Part shown: positions 29,969 to 39,459 of the stretch, in pieces
Layout of the letters: the number at the start of each line of letters is the position of its first letter
Position numbering within the stretch: the first letter of the stretch is position 1
Assembly (NCBI GenBank): GCA_965224025.1
Contig: OZ245033.1
Span: 480,001 to 544,000, forward strand
DNA length: 64,000 nucleotides
From: Candidatus Multivorans sp.
GTDB lineage: Bacteria > Acidobacteriota > Thermoanaerobaculia > Multivoradales > Multivoraceae
Direction: 5' to 3'
The notes under the pieces: model-generated
The model's input: only the letters and a program-made list of their open reading frames with translations
Told to the model about the DNA's origin: nothing
Database searches by the model: none
Translations under genes and position numbers: made by a program

Positions 29969-30793
29969 ATGCCGGAGCTGCCGGAGGTCGAGGTTCTGCG
30001 TCGAAGCCTGGTGCGGCCGCTCGTGGGCGACCGCTTCGAGGAGGTGCGCGTCCACTTCCCGGCCCTGCGCGAACCACTCAGCCCGCCGGCGCTCCGCCGC
30101 CTCGAAGGGCGGACGGTCCGCCGCCTGCGCCGCCGGGCGAAGTACCTGTTGATCGACGCCTCCGGCGGACAGACCCTGGTGCTGCACCTGGGGATGAGCG
30201 GCCGCTTGACCCTGGTCGACCGGGAGGCGCCGCTCGTGGCGCACGAACACCTCGGCTTCGATCTGGCGTCGGGCCGCCGGCTGCGGTTCTGCGATCCGCG
30301 GCGTTTCGGCGTCGCCTTCGTTGCTGCAACCGAGGACCTCGACGGCGACCGGCACTTTCGCCACCTCGGCGTCGAACCCCTGGCGCCGGAGTTCGACGGG
30401 GCTCTTCTTTGGGCGCTGGCCCGTGGCCGCCGCGCCCCGGTCAAGAGCTTCCTGATGGACGCCTCCCTGATCGTGGGCATCGGCAACATTTACACATCGG
30501 AGGCCCTGTACCGCGCGCGGATCCACCCCCGCCGCTCGGTGGCGCGGATTGCCCGCCCGCGATTCGACCGCCTCGCCGCGGCGGTTCGCGCCGTGCTCGG
30601 CGAAGCGATCGAGCAGGGCGGGACGACGCTCAACGACTTCGCCGACGGCGAGGGCAACTCGGGCTACTTCCAGGTCTCGCTCGACGTCTACGGCCGCGAG
30701 GGCGAACCGTGCCCTGCCGGTTGCGGTTTTCCCATCCGCCGGATCGTGATCTCCAACCGCGGCACGTACTACTGCCCGCGCTGCCAGCGGTAG
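29969..30793 (+). CDS. mutM: Formamidopyrimidine-DNA glycosylase
   Basis: MPELPEVE, RRAKYL, HLGMSG, DPRRFG, GIGNIY, zinc finger YYCPRCQ. Confidence 0.97.
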   Translation: MPELPEVEVLRRSLVRPLVGDRFEEVRVHFPALREPLSPPALRRLEGRTVRRLRRRAKYLLIDASGGQTLVLHLGMSGRLTLVDREAPLVAHEHLGFDLASGRRLRFCDPRRFGVAFVAATEDLDGDRHFRHLGVEPLAPEFDGALLWALARGRRAPVKSFLMDASLIVGIGNIYTSEALYRARIHPRRSVARIARPRFDRLAAAVRAVLGEAIEQGGTTLNDFADGEGNSGYFQVSLDVYGREGEPCPAGCGFPIRRIVISNRGTYYCPRCQR

Positions 30794-30896
30794 GTGCACG
30801 GAGGCAACGTTCCGGAAGCACTCCGTTCGCGGGGGTCCTGCTCCCGGGCCGCGCTGCCGGCGCTCGTCCATGGAGCGCGCGGTGTACGATGCCGGC

Positions 30897-31289
30897 ATGG
30901 GTCATAGCCCGCCCGAGAACCTGCCGGACGCTGTGGCTGCCGCGGCAAGAACAACGGTCGGGCTTGAACTGCTCATCCTGTACGGATCCCGTGCGCGTGG
31001 CGATGCACGCCGCAATGCGGACTGGGACTTCGGCTACGTGGCGGACGAGGCCGCGGGCGTGGCGGGCCTTCTTGCCGCTCTCGTCGAGATTCTCGGTGAC
31101 GACATCGATCTAGTCGACCTGGACCGGACGACCGGTCTTCTGCGCTTCAGGTCCTCCTGCGACGGCGTCCTGGTACACGAAGCGGAGTCCGGTCTGTTCG
31201 ACAGCTATCGGCTCGACGCTGCGAGCTTCTGGTGCGAGAACGCCTCCCTCTTCGAGCAGGGCTACGAAGAGACTCTGGAGGCTCTGTAG
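30897..31289 (+). CDS. MntA-like minimal nucleotidyltransferase antitoxin
   Basis: LYGSRARGDARRNADWDFG (GSx10DxD), IDLVDL. Confidence 0.88.
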   Translation: MGHSPPENLPDAVAAAARTTVGLELLILYGSRARGDARRNADWDFGYVADEAAGVAGLLAALVEILGDDIDLVDLDRTTGLLRFRSSCDGVLVHEAESGLFDSYRLDAASFWCENASLFEQGYEETLEAL

Positions 31290-31291
31290 CC

Positions 31292-31723
31292 CTGTCCGTC
31301 CTCGATCGAGCCGTCCTCGCCGAGCGCGTCATGGCGGTTGAGCGTCATCTCGACCGCGTGGCGTACCGACTGCCCGACTCGCCAGACGACTTCCGGCCCT
31401 CGGCCGATGCGTCGGATGCCGTCGTGCTCCATCTCTGGCAAGCGACGCAGATCGTGATCGACGTCGCGATGGGAGCTTGCCTGGCGCTGCGCCTGGGTAC
31501 TCCGCGCAGCTACGGGGATGCGTTTCGGCGCCTTGAGAATGACGGGGTCATCGAGACCGACCTTGCGGACCGCCTCGTCCGGGCCGCGGGATTCCGCAAT
31601 CTCGTCGCGCATGCCTACGAGTCGCTGGACATGGTGCGCGTCCATGAGGCCGCAACGACCGGCCCTGCCGATCTCCTTCGGTTTCTGGCCTGCGTCAGCG
31701 ACTATACGAATCGTCAGAGCTAG
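31292..31723 (+). CDS. HepT-like HEPN RNase toxin (DUF86)
   Basis: P.SYGDAF..L...GVI, GFRNLVAHAY (Rx4H); start uncertain (CTG at 31292 or ATG at 31331). Confidence 0.88.
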   Translation: MSVLDRAVLAERVMAVERHLDRVAYRLPDSPDDFRPSADASDAVVLHLWQATQIVIDVAMGACLALRLGTPRSYGDAFRRLENDGVIETDLADRLVRAAGFRNLVAHAYESLDMVRVHEAATTGPADLLRFLACVSDYTNRQS

Positions 31724-31743
31724 CGGACTTGCCGGGCAAAGCG

Positions 31744-31770
31744 TAGTCCCATCCAAAGTTGAGCCAACGG
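31744..31770. mobile_element. Solo IS end related to the terminus at 39460
   Basis: TAGTCCCATCCAAAGTTGAGCC--AACGG versus TAGTCCCATACGAAGATGAGCCTCAACGG. Confidence 0.55.
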
Positions 31771-31874
31771 GCAAGGCTGGCGACCGCACCTCTTGATCTC
31801 CTACTACGCCGGGTTCTATAGTCAGGGAGCCCCACTTTCACGTTGAGCCCCGGCGCTACAAGGAGACTTGACGC

Positions 31875-32180
31875 ATGGATCGAAGGAAGTGGAACGGCAG
31901 GTACCTGGCCTCCAACGAGAGCTGTTCGTTCGACACGGCCGAGCCTTCCTCCTGTGTCACCCCGCCGCCGCCAGGAGCGGAGCTGCTTGCGGCGGTTCCC
32001 GTGCAACTGCACTCGAGCGGTGATTCCGGCTTGGCTCCGCCCGTGCGGATCGCCCGCTCTTGTTCGGAAGGCGGCGGCTTGTTCGAGGCGCTGGATCCAA
32101 GAGGCCGAGAGATCCGTTCGTTCTCTGCGCCGCTTCGCAGCCGCCCGAGCAGCCTCTCGGACCTGGCCGCAACGCGGTGA
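31875..32180 (+). CDS. Possible small hypothetical protein
   Basis: AGGAG upstream and the stop abuts the next gene's probable start; no recognisable motif. Confidence 0.25.
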   Translation: MDRRKWNGRYLASNESCSFDTAEPSSCVTPPPPGAELLAAVPVQLHSSGDSGLAPPVRIARSCSEGGGLFEALDPRGREIRSFSAPLRSRPSSLSDLAATR

Positions 32181-32181
32181 G

Positions 32182-33576
32182 TTGGCGGCCCTTGGGGCGC
32201 GCACCGGCCATCGGAGGGCGTGGGCGCCTCTCGGCGTCGCTCTTGGCGTGTCTGCCTGGGCGCCCTTGACGCTCCTGGCTCAGGAAAGATCCTCCGGTCC
32301 GATACTCGACGATCTGAGGTCGGTCGCGCTGCCGGAGCGGGTCGCCTGGGCCACCGATGTGCGCTGGTTGGAGGAGGATGTCCTGCTCCTGGGCGTGCCG
32401 GAAAGCGGGATCCACTCCTGGCGCCTCGGTGAGCAAGACGCCGAGCTGGAGGTCACGCTCCTTGGAACCGATCACTCCGCGCCCCGTCGTCAGGACTATG
32501 GACGCTTCGGGGGGGTGCCCGCGGGCGGCGTCGCCTTCGGCAACGGTCTGTTCGGTGTCTACCTGCAGGAGCCGAGCGGCATCCGACTGCTCAAGGATGT
32601 CGAGCTGGTGGGCGACATCGACCGTCGCGGCGCTCTGACCGCGGCGGTCGGCCTCGCCAGAACGGAGGACAGGAACTGGGAGCACCACGTCGCCTGGCTG
32701 TTCGAGGGAACGGCTGTACTGCCGCTCGTGCCGACGCGAGACGAGGGTCTGGCCTTCGCCCGGTCCTTCAGCGTGGACCTCTCGGTGATCCGGTTCATCA
32801 CTGACGATCGCGTGCTGGTGGTTCCCGGCGCCGAACCTGGGGTTTTCGTCTACGACGGCAACGGTGTGCTCCTGGAGAGTCTGCTGTCCGAGACGTTCTC
32901 GGCCGATGCGATCGGCGAGATCGGAGAAGCGGAGGGGTTGCTGATGACGGGGCGCTCCCCCTGTCGGGTCGCCTGGCTCAACCGCTGGCGGGTGATCGAT
33001 GAGGTCGCCGTGGACGGCGCCGGCGGCATCTACTTCTTCGTTCGCAGCTTCTCTGCCGAGACTTCCGGCGTGAGCGGGCCGGCCGCCGCCTCGTCGCGAC
33101 CGACGGCCGTGATCGACGAAGCCGCGAGAACCCGGGCCGTGGCGGCGGATCTGATCCAGCGGGCGAAAGACGGCAAACCTGTCCAGCTTCATGTCGGCAG
33201 CCGGAAGGAAGCCGACGACTTGATCGCGGCGCTGCGTGCGTCGGGCGAACCGGTCGCGAACGAGATTGCGGCAGCCGTCATGGACATGAGGACCAGGATT
33301 GCCGCCATGGGTCCGACCGGGAGCGGAGATCCGCCGGAAGCCGGGGACTATCCGCCGGTGGGGAGGGTCTGTTGGGACCTCGTCCACACTCGCCTGGACG
33401 ACTTCGGGGCTGTAGCCCGCCGTCCCTGTGCCATCGAGTCGGAACTCGGCGACACCCGCCTGCACGCCGACATTCGCGGCGACCGGGCGGTCCTGCTCTT
33501 GAGGAGCGACTCGTTCACTCTGAAGTACGGGCGAGCTTCCAAGATACTCGTGGGCCGCATCGGGGCGCCGGAATGA
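32182..33576 (+). CDS. Hypothetical secreted protein, beta-propeller-like with a helical insert
   Basis: Signal-peptide-like ...LTLLA/QE followed by beta-rich repeats; start uncertain. Confidence 0.65.
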   Translation: MAALGARTGHRRAWAPLGVALGVSAWAPLTLLAQERSSGPILDDLRSVALPERVAWATDVRWLEEDVLLLGVPESGIHSWRLGEQDAELEVTLLGTDHSAPRRQDYGRFGGVPAGGVAFGNGLFGVYLQEPSGIRLLKDVELVGDIDRRGALTAAVGLARTEDRNWEHHVAWLFEGTAVLPLVPTRDEGLAFARSFSVDLSVIRFITDDRVLVVPGAEPGVFVYDGNGVLLESLLSETFSADAIGEIGEAEGLLMTGRSPCRVAWLNRWRVIDEVAVDGAGGIYFFVRSFSAETSGVSGPAAASSRPTAVIDEAARTRAVAADLIQRAKDGKPVQLHVGSRKEADDLIAALRASGEPVANEIAAAVMDMRTRIAAMGPTGSGDPPEAGDYPPVGRVCWDLVHTRLDDFGAVARRPCAIESELGDTRLHADIRGDRAVLLLRSDSFTLKYGRASKILVGRIGAPE

Positions 33577-33580
33577 CGCG

Positions 33581-36500
33581 ATGTCGGTCCGGCTGATCGT
33601 TCCCTCGGTCATCGCCCTGGCGTGGCCTGCGTTGGCGCTGGCTCAAGGGGAGCAGGCGATGCGGTTCGTCTGCCTCGGCGCAGACTACCGCCCTGTTTCT
33701 TCGGAACCTCTGCTTGTCGCATCGCCTCGGCAGGCGTGGGCACAACTGGAGCAACTCGCGGAGAAGGCGCCTCTTGCTCACTGCTGGTCGTGGAACCGTG
33801 ACTGCGCGGTCGCCCGCGTCCTGCCCGGAGAGGACCCCGCTGGCGGCTGCCAGGTGGATCGCCGCTTGCGGCTTCGGGTCGTGTCGCCCCAGGCGCGCGG
33901 GGAATTGGCGGGTCCTCCCGGAAGTGTGAACGTCACGGCGGCGCCGGTTGACATGTGGCGGGAAGTGCCGCTCAGCCTGCTGCCGACGGCGGCTTCGGAT
34001 CCCTCGGGGTTGGCCGTGATGCCTCGGAGCGAGGGGCCATGGCGCGTCCATGCCCGCGTGGGAGAGAAGCTCTCGGCGTGGCGGGAAGTGCTGCCTGAGC
34101 AAGACGCGGTCGAGTTGGTCCTGCAGCCCTCGTTCGGCCTTGCCGTTCAGGTCACCGCGGACCATGCACCCCTGGCGCGGGCGCGACTGTCTCTCGTGCG
34201 GCCGGCCAGGGGGCTTTACCGTCCGGAGGAGCTCCTCGTCTTCGAGCGGGTGGACGACGCCGGCCGGGTCGCGTTGACGGTACCCGAGCAGGATCGCTCA
34301 ATGGTCGTCGTGGCAGGAATGGAACGGCTCGGGGCCGCGTTCCGCGGACCCCGCGAGGTGCCGGCCACGGTGGAACTCGACGCGGGTTTCGTCGTTCGTG
34401 GGCGCGCTGTGAACGACGGCGGCGAACCCGTGGCCGCCGCTCGTGTTGTCGGCTCTTCCTGGATTCCAGGCAATGCGAGGCTGCTGCAGCGCCACGAAGG
34501 GGAGTCGGGCCCCGACGGGCGGTTCCGCTTGTCCGGGTACTCGGCGGGCGCCGCGTCGCTGCAAGCGGAGCGCGGCGAACTGCGCTTCTCGCGGGTGCTC
34601 GACCTGGAAGGCTCCGTGGATCTGGGTCAAGTGATGCTGACGGAACCGAAGTTGCTGTGGATCCGGATTGTCGACAGTCTTCGGCAGTTGCCGATCGGTC
34701 AGGCGAAGGTCCGATCCGAAGACAGCGAGTGGAAGTCGGTCGACGCGGACGGCCTCGTGCGTCTGCCCCTGCTTCAGGGGAGGGAGATCTTTGCCGAAGC
34801 CAAGGGCTATCACCACGAACAGTTGACGTTGCCCAGGGACGTCGGCGTCACAGCGGAGGAACCTTTCGTGGTGGCGCTGGTGCCGGTCCTCCTCGTGGAG
34901 GGCCGGTTCTTAGCGGCGGATGGGCGAACGCCGGCCGTCGGGGGACGGGTCACAGCGCTGCGGGACGTGGACGGCGGCGGGGGCACTGCGTTCGGCCAGA
35001 TGAACCCGGACGGCGCCTTCTCGGTTGAATTGGGAGCGGGATCCTGGGAACTCCAGCTCTCGTCCGGGAACGCCGGGACGCTCCGGCTTGACGTGGCGGG
35101 ATCGGCAGGGGAGACGCTGGACCTCGGAGACTTGACGGCACCCGCGTCAGCCTGGGTGTCCGGTTTCGTCGTGGACCCGGAGTACCGGCCGTTGTCGCGG
35201 GCGGTCGTTTCGCATACGCCGCCGTATGCTTCCGGTCCGCTGATGGCGTGGGCCCTGGGCCAGACGGACTCCGTCGAAACGAACGACGAGGGGTACTTCG
35301 AGTTGTTCGGTCTGGCGGCGGGGGTGTCGACTCTTCGGGTCGAGGCGGAGGGACTCGCACCGCTCGAGTTCGACGTCAGGGCCGAAGAGATGGAGCGGCT
35401 CGACGCCGGCACGGTTGAGATGTCGCGAGGCCGACGCGTCACGGTGCGGTCGGACGTGGAGGGCGGCGTGATCGTGATCGACACCGGAGGCCTGGGCCAT
35501 CCGCGGGATCGGATGACGGCCGAACTGATCGAACGCCGAGCGGTGGTCGATACCGTCCCCGACGGGTCCTTTCGCCTGACGGTCCTCGCCGACGGCGTTC
35601 CGGTTTGTGAGCGGGACGAGGGAAGCGAGACGGGCGATGTGGACGTGCGTTGCGACCGGAGCACGACGATCGTGTCGGGCAGGGTCGCGATGGGAGGTCG
35701 TCCCGGAGACGGCATTCTGCTGTGGCGACAGAAGGGACGCGCCGAGCTGCCGGAGGGCGTGATCAAGACGGTTGGCGGTTTGCCCAGGATCCGGCCGATC
35801 ACGAACCGGCCGCGGGAACGGGACGCCACCCTGGACGTGGAGGGCCGCTACCTGATGGACGATGTGCTTCCGGGCGCCTGGGAAGTGATCTGGATGCCTC
35901 CGGAGGGCGGAATGCAGGAAGTTCGCGAAGTGACGGTGCCTGACGGTTCCGGCGAGGAGTTCGTCCTGAACCTCGACTACAGCGGTGCATCGATCGAGGG
36001 AGTCGTAGCGGGCGCGGCGGGCGAGTCAGCGGCCCACGCAACGATAGACATCTTCCCCGGTCGTCGAGCCGTCGTGGCGGATGCCAACGGTCGCTTCCAG
36101 GTTCTGGGGCTCTCGCCCGGCGCCTATCAGTTGCGGGCGCGGTTGCGTCATCAACGGTCCGCACTTGTCGACGTTCGGTTGCGGGATGTTGCGGACCGCA
36201 AGTCGGTGCAACTGACGTTGACGGACGAGCCGCCGAACGAGGAACTCGTGATCCGCATGGACGGCGGCGACTCGGGCTTCTGCTTCGTGGAGACGGATAC
36301 GGGCGTGTCGCAGATCGTCCGCGTCGACGCGGCGACAGCCAGGCGGAAGCTCTCGCCGCCTCTCGCCGAGCGGGCGCGGATCGCCTGCCGAACGGATGGA
36401 CGGTACGTCCTCACCGGCTGGCGGAATCTCAGGCAGGCGCTGGATCAGGGGGTCGATCTCGACGCACGGGAATCGGAGTCCACGATCGTGCTCGTTGGCG

Positions 36501-36709
36501 ACGCGCCGGGCGCCATGGTGGAAATCACCGGTCCGGGCGGCTGGAACCTGGGTGCGCTGCGCATCTGGTTCGGCGGCGCGCGGACATTCCGGGTCGGAGA
36601 GTCGATCCCGAATCTCCCGGAGGGGACCTACACCGTGCGCTGGAACGAACAGGCGGCTACGGTGCGCACGGAGCGGCGGCGCGTTGCCGAGGTCGAGATC
36701 GTGGATTGA
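33581..36709 (+). CDS. Large secreted protein with repeated carboxypeptidase-regulatory-like (beta-sandwich) domains
   Basis: Repeated GR.V..G.PVA.A.V and ADANGRF...GL.PG.Y motifs; signal peptide. Confidence 0.8.
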   Translation: MSVRLIVPSVIALAWPALALAQGEQAMRFVCLGADYRPVSSEPLLVASPRQAWAQLEQLAEKAPLAHCWSWNRDCAVARVLPGEDPAGGCQVDRRLRLRVVSPQARGELAGPPGSVNVTAAPVDMWREVPLSLLPTAASDPSGLAVMPRSEGPWRVHARVGEKLSAWREVLPEQDAVELVLQPSFGLAVQVTADHAPLARARLSLVRPARGLYRPEELLVFERVDDAGRVALTVPEQDRSMVVVAGMERLGAAFRGPREVPATVELDAGFVVRGRAVNDGGEPVAAARVVGSSWIPGNARLLQRHEGESGPDGRFRLSGYSAGAASLQAERGELRFSRVLDLEGSVDLGQVMLTEPKLLWIRIVDSLRQLPIGQAKVRSEDSEWKSVDADGLVRLPLLQGREIFAEAKGYHHEQLTLPRDVGVTAEEPFVVALVPVLLVEGRFLAADGRTPAVGGRVTALRDVDGGGGTAFGQMNPDGAFSVELGAGSWELQLSSGNAGTLRLDVAGSAGETLDLGDLTAPASAWVSGFVVDPEYRPLSRAVVSHTPPYASGPLMAWALGQTDSVETNDEGYFELFGLAAGVSTLRVEAEGLAPLEFDVRAEEMERLDAGTVEMSRGRRVTVRSDVEGGVIVIDTGGLGHPRDRMTAELIERRAVVDTVPDGSFRLTVLADGVPVCERDEGSETGDVDVRCDRSTTIVSGRVAMGGRPGDGILLWRQKGRAELPEGVIKTVGGLPRIRPITNRPRERDATLDVEGRYLMDDVLPGAWEVIWMPPEGGMQEVREVTVPDGSGEEFVLNLDYSGASIEGVVAGAAGESAAHATIDIFPGRRAVVADANGRFQVLGLSPGAYQLRARLRHQRSALVDVRLRDVADRKSVQLTLTDEPPNEELVIRMDGGDSGFCFVETDTGVSQIVRVDAATARRKLSPPLAERARIACRTDGRYVLTGWRNLRQALDQGVDLDARESESTIVLVGDAPGAMVEITGPGGWNLGALRIWFGGARTFRVGESIPNLPEGTYTVRWNEQAATVRTERRRVAEVEIVD

Positions 36710-36796
36710 TCGCGGCGGTCGGGCAGGCGGCCTCGCTGCTCGAATGCAGCGCACGTTTCGCCGCGGACTGTTGGTGGATCGAGCGTTGACGGCTGC

Positions 36797-38575
36797 TCAG
36801 TCGAGCGGCCAGATCAACGGAATCAGCGGCACGGAGATCACGAAGAACATGATCTTGAGCGGGGCGCCGAACTTCAGGTAATCGCTGAAGCGGTAGCCGC
36901 CGGGGCCGAAGACCATCGCGTTCGTCTGGTAGCCCATCGGGGTCAGGAAGCTGGCGGATGCGGCGAAGGCGACCGTCATCATGAAGGGCTTGGGGTCGAG
37001 GCCCATCGAGGCGGCGGCGGTGCCGGCGATCGGCACCATGAGCACCGCGGTCGAGTTGTTCGAGACGATCTCCGAGAGCAGGGCCGTCGCCAGGTAGACC
37101 AGCGCGATGACCGCCCAGGGCCCGTAGTCGGCGCCGGCGTTCGCGATCGTCTCGCCGATCATTGCCGCGAGGCCGGTCTTCTCCATCGCGATTCCCATCG
37201 GCAGGATGCCGACGAGCAGGAAGATGACGGTCCAGTTGATCGCTTCGTAGGCCTGCTGCACCGAGATGCCGCCGAAGACGATGAGCGCCACGGCGCCCAG
37301 GATCGACGCCTTCAGGATCGAGGTGACGCCGGTCGCGGCGACGACGACGACGATCGGGATGATCACCACGGCGAGCCACCAGCGCCGCGGGATGACGAGG
37401 CGCAGCTTGACGTCCTGCTGCAACGGGATGAAGTCCTCCGTCTCGTAGAGGGCTTCGATCCGGGACCGGGGGCCGAAGACGAGCAGGGTGTCCCAGTTGT
37501 GGAGAACGATGTGGGCGAGCTTCTCGCGGATCGGTTCGCCGGTGCGGTTGAGCGCCAGGACGAAGCAGCCGAAGCGGCGGCGGAAGTCCAGATCGCGGAT
37601 CGTCGAGCCGGTGAGCCGGGAGACCGGCGAGAGCTGGATCTCGGCCATGATGTTGTTCTGGTCCGAAAGTTCGCGATCGTCGACCTTGACGTCGGTCAGG
37701 AGGTGCAGGCCGTAGTGGTCGCGGAAGTTGACGATGTCCTCCATGCGCCCTTCGACTATCAGGAGGTCGCCCCCCTCGATCGGCCGGGCGCGCAGGTCGA
37801 CCGCGATCCGTTCCTCGCCGCGGAGGATCTCAAGCACCGTCAGGCGGAAACGTTCGTTGATGTGGGCGTCGAGCACGCTGCGGCCAATGAGCTGGCTTCC
37901 GTCCGGCACCTGGACCTCGGTCAGAAACGACGACAGTTGGTACTTGGCGGTGAGGTCGGAGGTGGCGGCGCGGGGCTTCAGAAAGCGCATCGGCACCAGG
38001 ACGATGTAGATGAGGCCGACGACCAGCAGGATGAGTCCGAGACCTAGAAACTCGAACATGCTGAAAGCGCCGTAGCCGCTCTCCTCCGACCTCGAGCTGA
38101 CCAGCAGGTTGGTCGAGGTGCCGATCAAGGTGCAGGTGCCGCCGATGATGGAGAGGTAGGAGAGCGGCAACAGGATCCGCGACGACGATACGTCGTAGTG
38201 CTTCGCGATCTGGATGCCGACCGGCATCAGGATCGCCAGCGCGGCGGTGTTGTTGACGAAGGCCGAGAGCACGCCGCAGACCAGGATCAGGGCGATGGCG
38301 CCCGTCCAGTGCGTGGCGCCGGACATCTGGGAGAGCTTCTGGCCGAAGCGGTCGATCAGGCCGGTATGAGCCAGTCCATAGCTGAGGATGAACATCATCA
38401 TCACCGTGATCACGGCGTCGTTGCTGAAGCCCCGGATCGCTTCCTGGGGCGTCACCAGGCCGAACAGCAGCAGCAGACCCAGGCTGGAAAGAGCGACCGC
38501 GTCGATAGGCAGCCACTCGAAGCTGAAAGCCAGGAACGTGAACGCGATGATCGCTACGAGAATCCAGATATCCAT
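36797..38575 (-). CDS. SLC13/CitMHS family permease with TrkA-C domains
   Basis: SAFVNNT, GGTCTLIGTSTNL, SFLTPMGYQTNAMVFGPGGY. Confidence 0.92.
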   Translation of the reverse strand: MDIWILVAIIAFTFLAFSFEWLPIDAVALSSLGLLLLFGLVTPQEAIRGFSNDAVITVMMMFILSYGLAHTGLIDRFGQKLSQMSGATHWTGAIALILVCGVLSAFVNNTAALAILMPVGIQIAKHYDVSSSRILLPLSYLSIIGGTCTLIGTSTNLLVSSRSEESGYGAFSMFEFLGLGLILLVVGLIYIVLVPMRFLKPRAATSDLTAKYQLSSFLTEVQVPDGSQLIGRSVLDAHINERFRLTVLEILRGEERIAVDLRARPIEGGDLLIVEGRMEDIVNFRDHYGLHLLTDVKVDDRELSDQNNIMAEIQLSPVSRLTGSTIRDLDFRRRFGCFVLALNRTGEPIREKLAHIVLHNWDTLLVFGPRSRIEALYETEDFIPLQQDVKLRLVIPRRWWLAVVIIPIVVVVAATGVTSILKASILGAVALIVFGGISVQQAYEAINWTVIFLLVGILPMGIAMEKTGLAAMIGETIANAGADYGPWAVIALVYLATALLSEIVSNNSTAVLMVPIAGTAAASMGLDPKPFMMTVAFAASASFLTPMGYQTNAMVFGPGGYRFSDYLKFGAPLKIMFFVISVPLIPLIWPLD

Positions 38576-38594
38576 GGGCAGCCGCCTCTAGCAG

Positions 38595-39431
38595 CTAGCC
38601 GATCGGCAGGCGGCGGTGGGAAGCCACGGGCATCGAGCGCCGCACTTCGGCGACGCGCCGCCGGTCGATTTCGGCGATCGCGATCCCCGCCGCGTCCCCG
38701 GCGTCGGCGAGGACGTGACCCCAAGGGTCAATGATCACCGAGTGGCCGTAGCTGTGACGAAGCCCGCGGTCGTCGTGTTTACCGGTCTGGGCCGCGGCCA
38801 ACACGTAGCATTGGGTCTCGATCGCGCGGGCGCGCAGCAGCGGGCGCCAGTGGTCCTTCCCCGTCATCAGGGTGAAGGCGGAGGGCACGGTCAGGATCTC
38901 CGCGCCGTCCGCGGCCAGCCGCAGGTAGAGCTCGGGGAACCGCAGGTCGTAGCAGATCGTGAGGCCGAAGCGGCCTAGGGACGTGTCGACGGTGACCGTG
39001 TCCGCGCCGGGCACGGCCGTCTTCGACTCCAGGAACCGCACCGCGTCGGAGACGTCGACGTCGAAGAGGTGGATCTTGCGGTAGGTCGCGACGATCTCGC
39101 CGTGGGGATCGAACAGGACGCTGGTGTTGTAGCAGCGGCTGCCGTCTTCCTCCGGCGAGAGCTCGTTGTAGGAGCCAAGCAGCAGGTAGATGCCCCGGTC
39201 GCGCGCCAGTGCGGCGAACCGCCCGCAGGTCCTTCCCGAGGTCGGCTCGGCCAGTTTCACCTTCTCCTTGTGCGGCCCGAGGTAGTTCGTGTTCTCCGGC
39301 GTGGTCACGAACTGCGCGCCGCGGTCCGCCGCGGTCTCGATCCAGTGCCGGGCCGTCTCCCAGTTGGCCTGCTCGTCGGACGTGGCGCCCATCTGGACGA
39401 CGGCGGCGAGGTAGGTGGATGTGTCGTGCAT
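38595..39431 (-). CDS. Carbon-nitrogen hydrolase (Nit1/deaminated glutathione amidase-like)
   Basis: PEN, YRKIHLFD, ICYDLRFPE, RARAIE triad motifs. Confidence 0.93.
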   Translation of the reverse strand: MHDTSTYLAAVVQMGATSDEQANWETARHWIETAADRGAQFVTTPENTNYLGPHKEKVKLAEPTSGRTCGRFAALARDRGIYLLLGSYNELSPEEDGSRCYNTSVLFDPHGEIVATYRKIHLFDVDVSDAVRFLESKTAVPGADTVTVDTSLGRFGLTICYDLRFPELYLRLAADGAEILTVPSAFTLMTGKDHWRPLLRARAIETQCYVLAAAQTGKHDDRGLRHSYGHSVIIDPWGHVLADAGDAAGIAIAEIDRRRVAEVRRSMPVASHRRLPIG

Positions 39432-39459
39432 GGAGTTGATGTCCTCAGCTCACTGAGCC

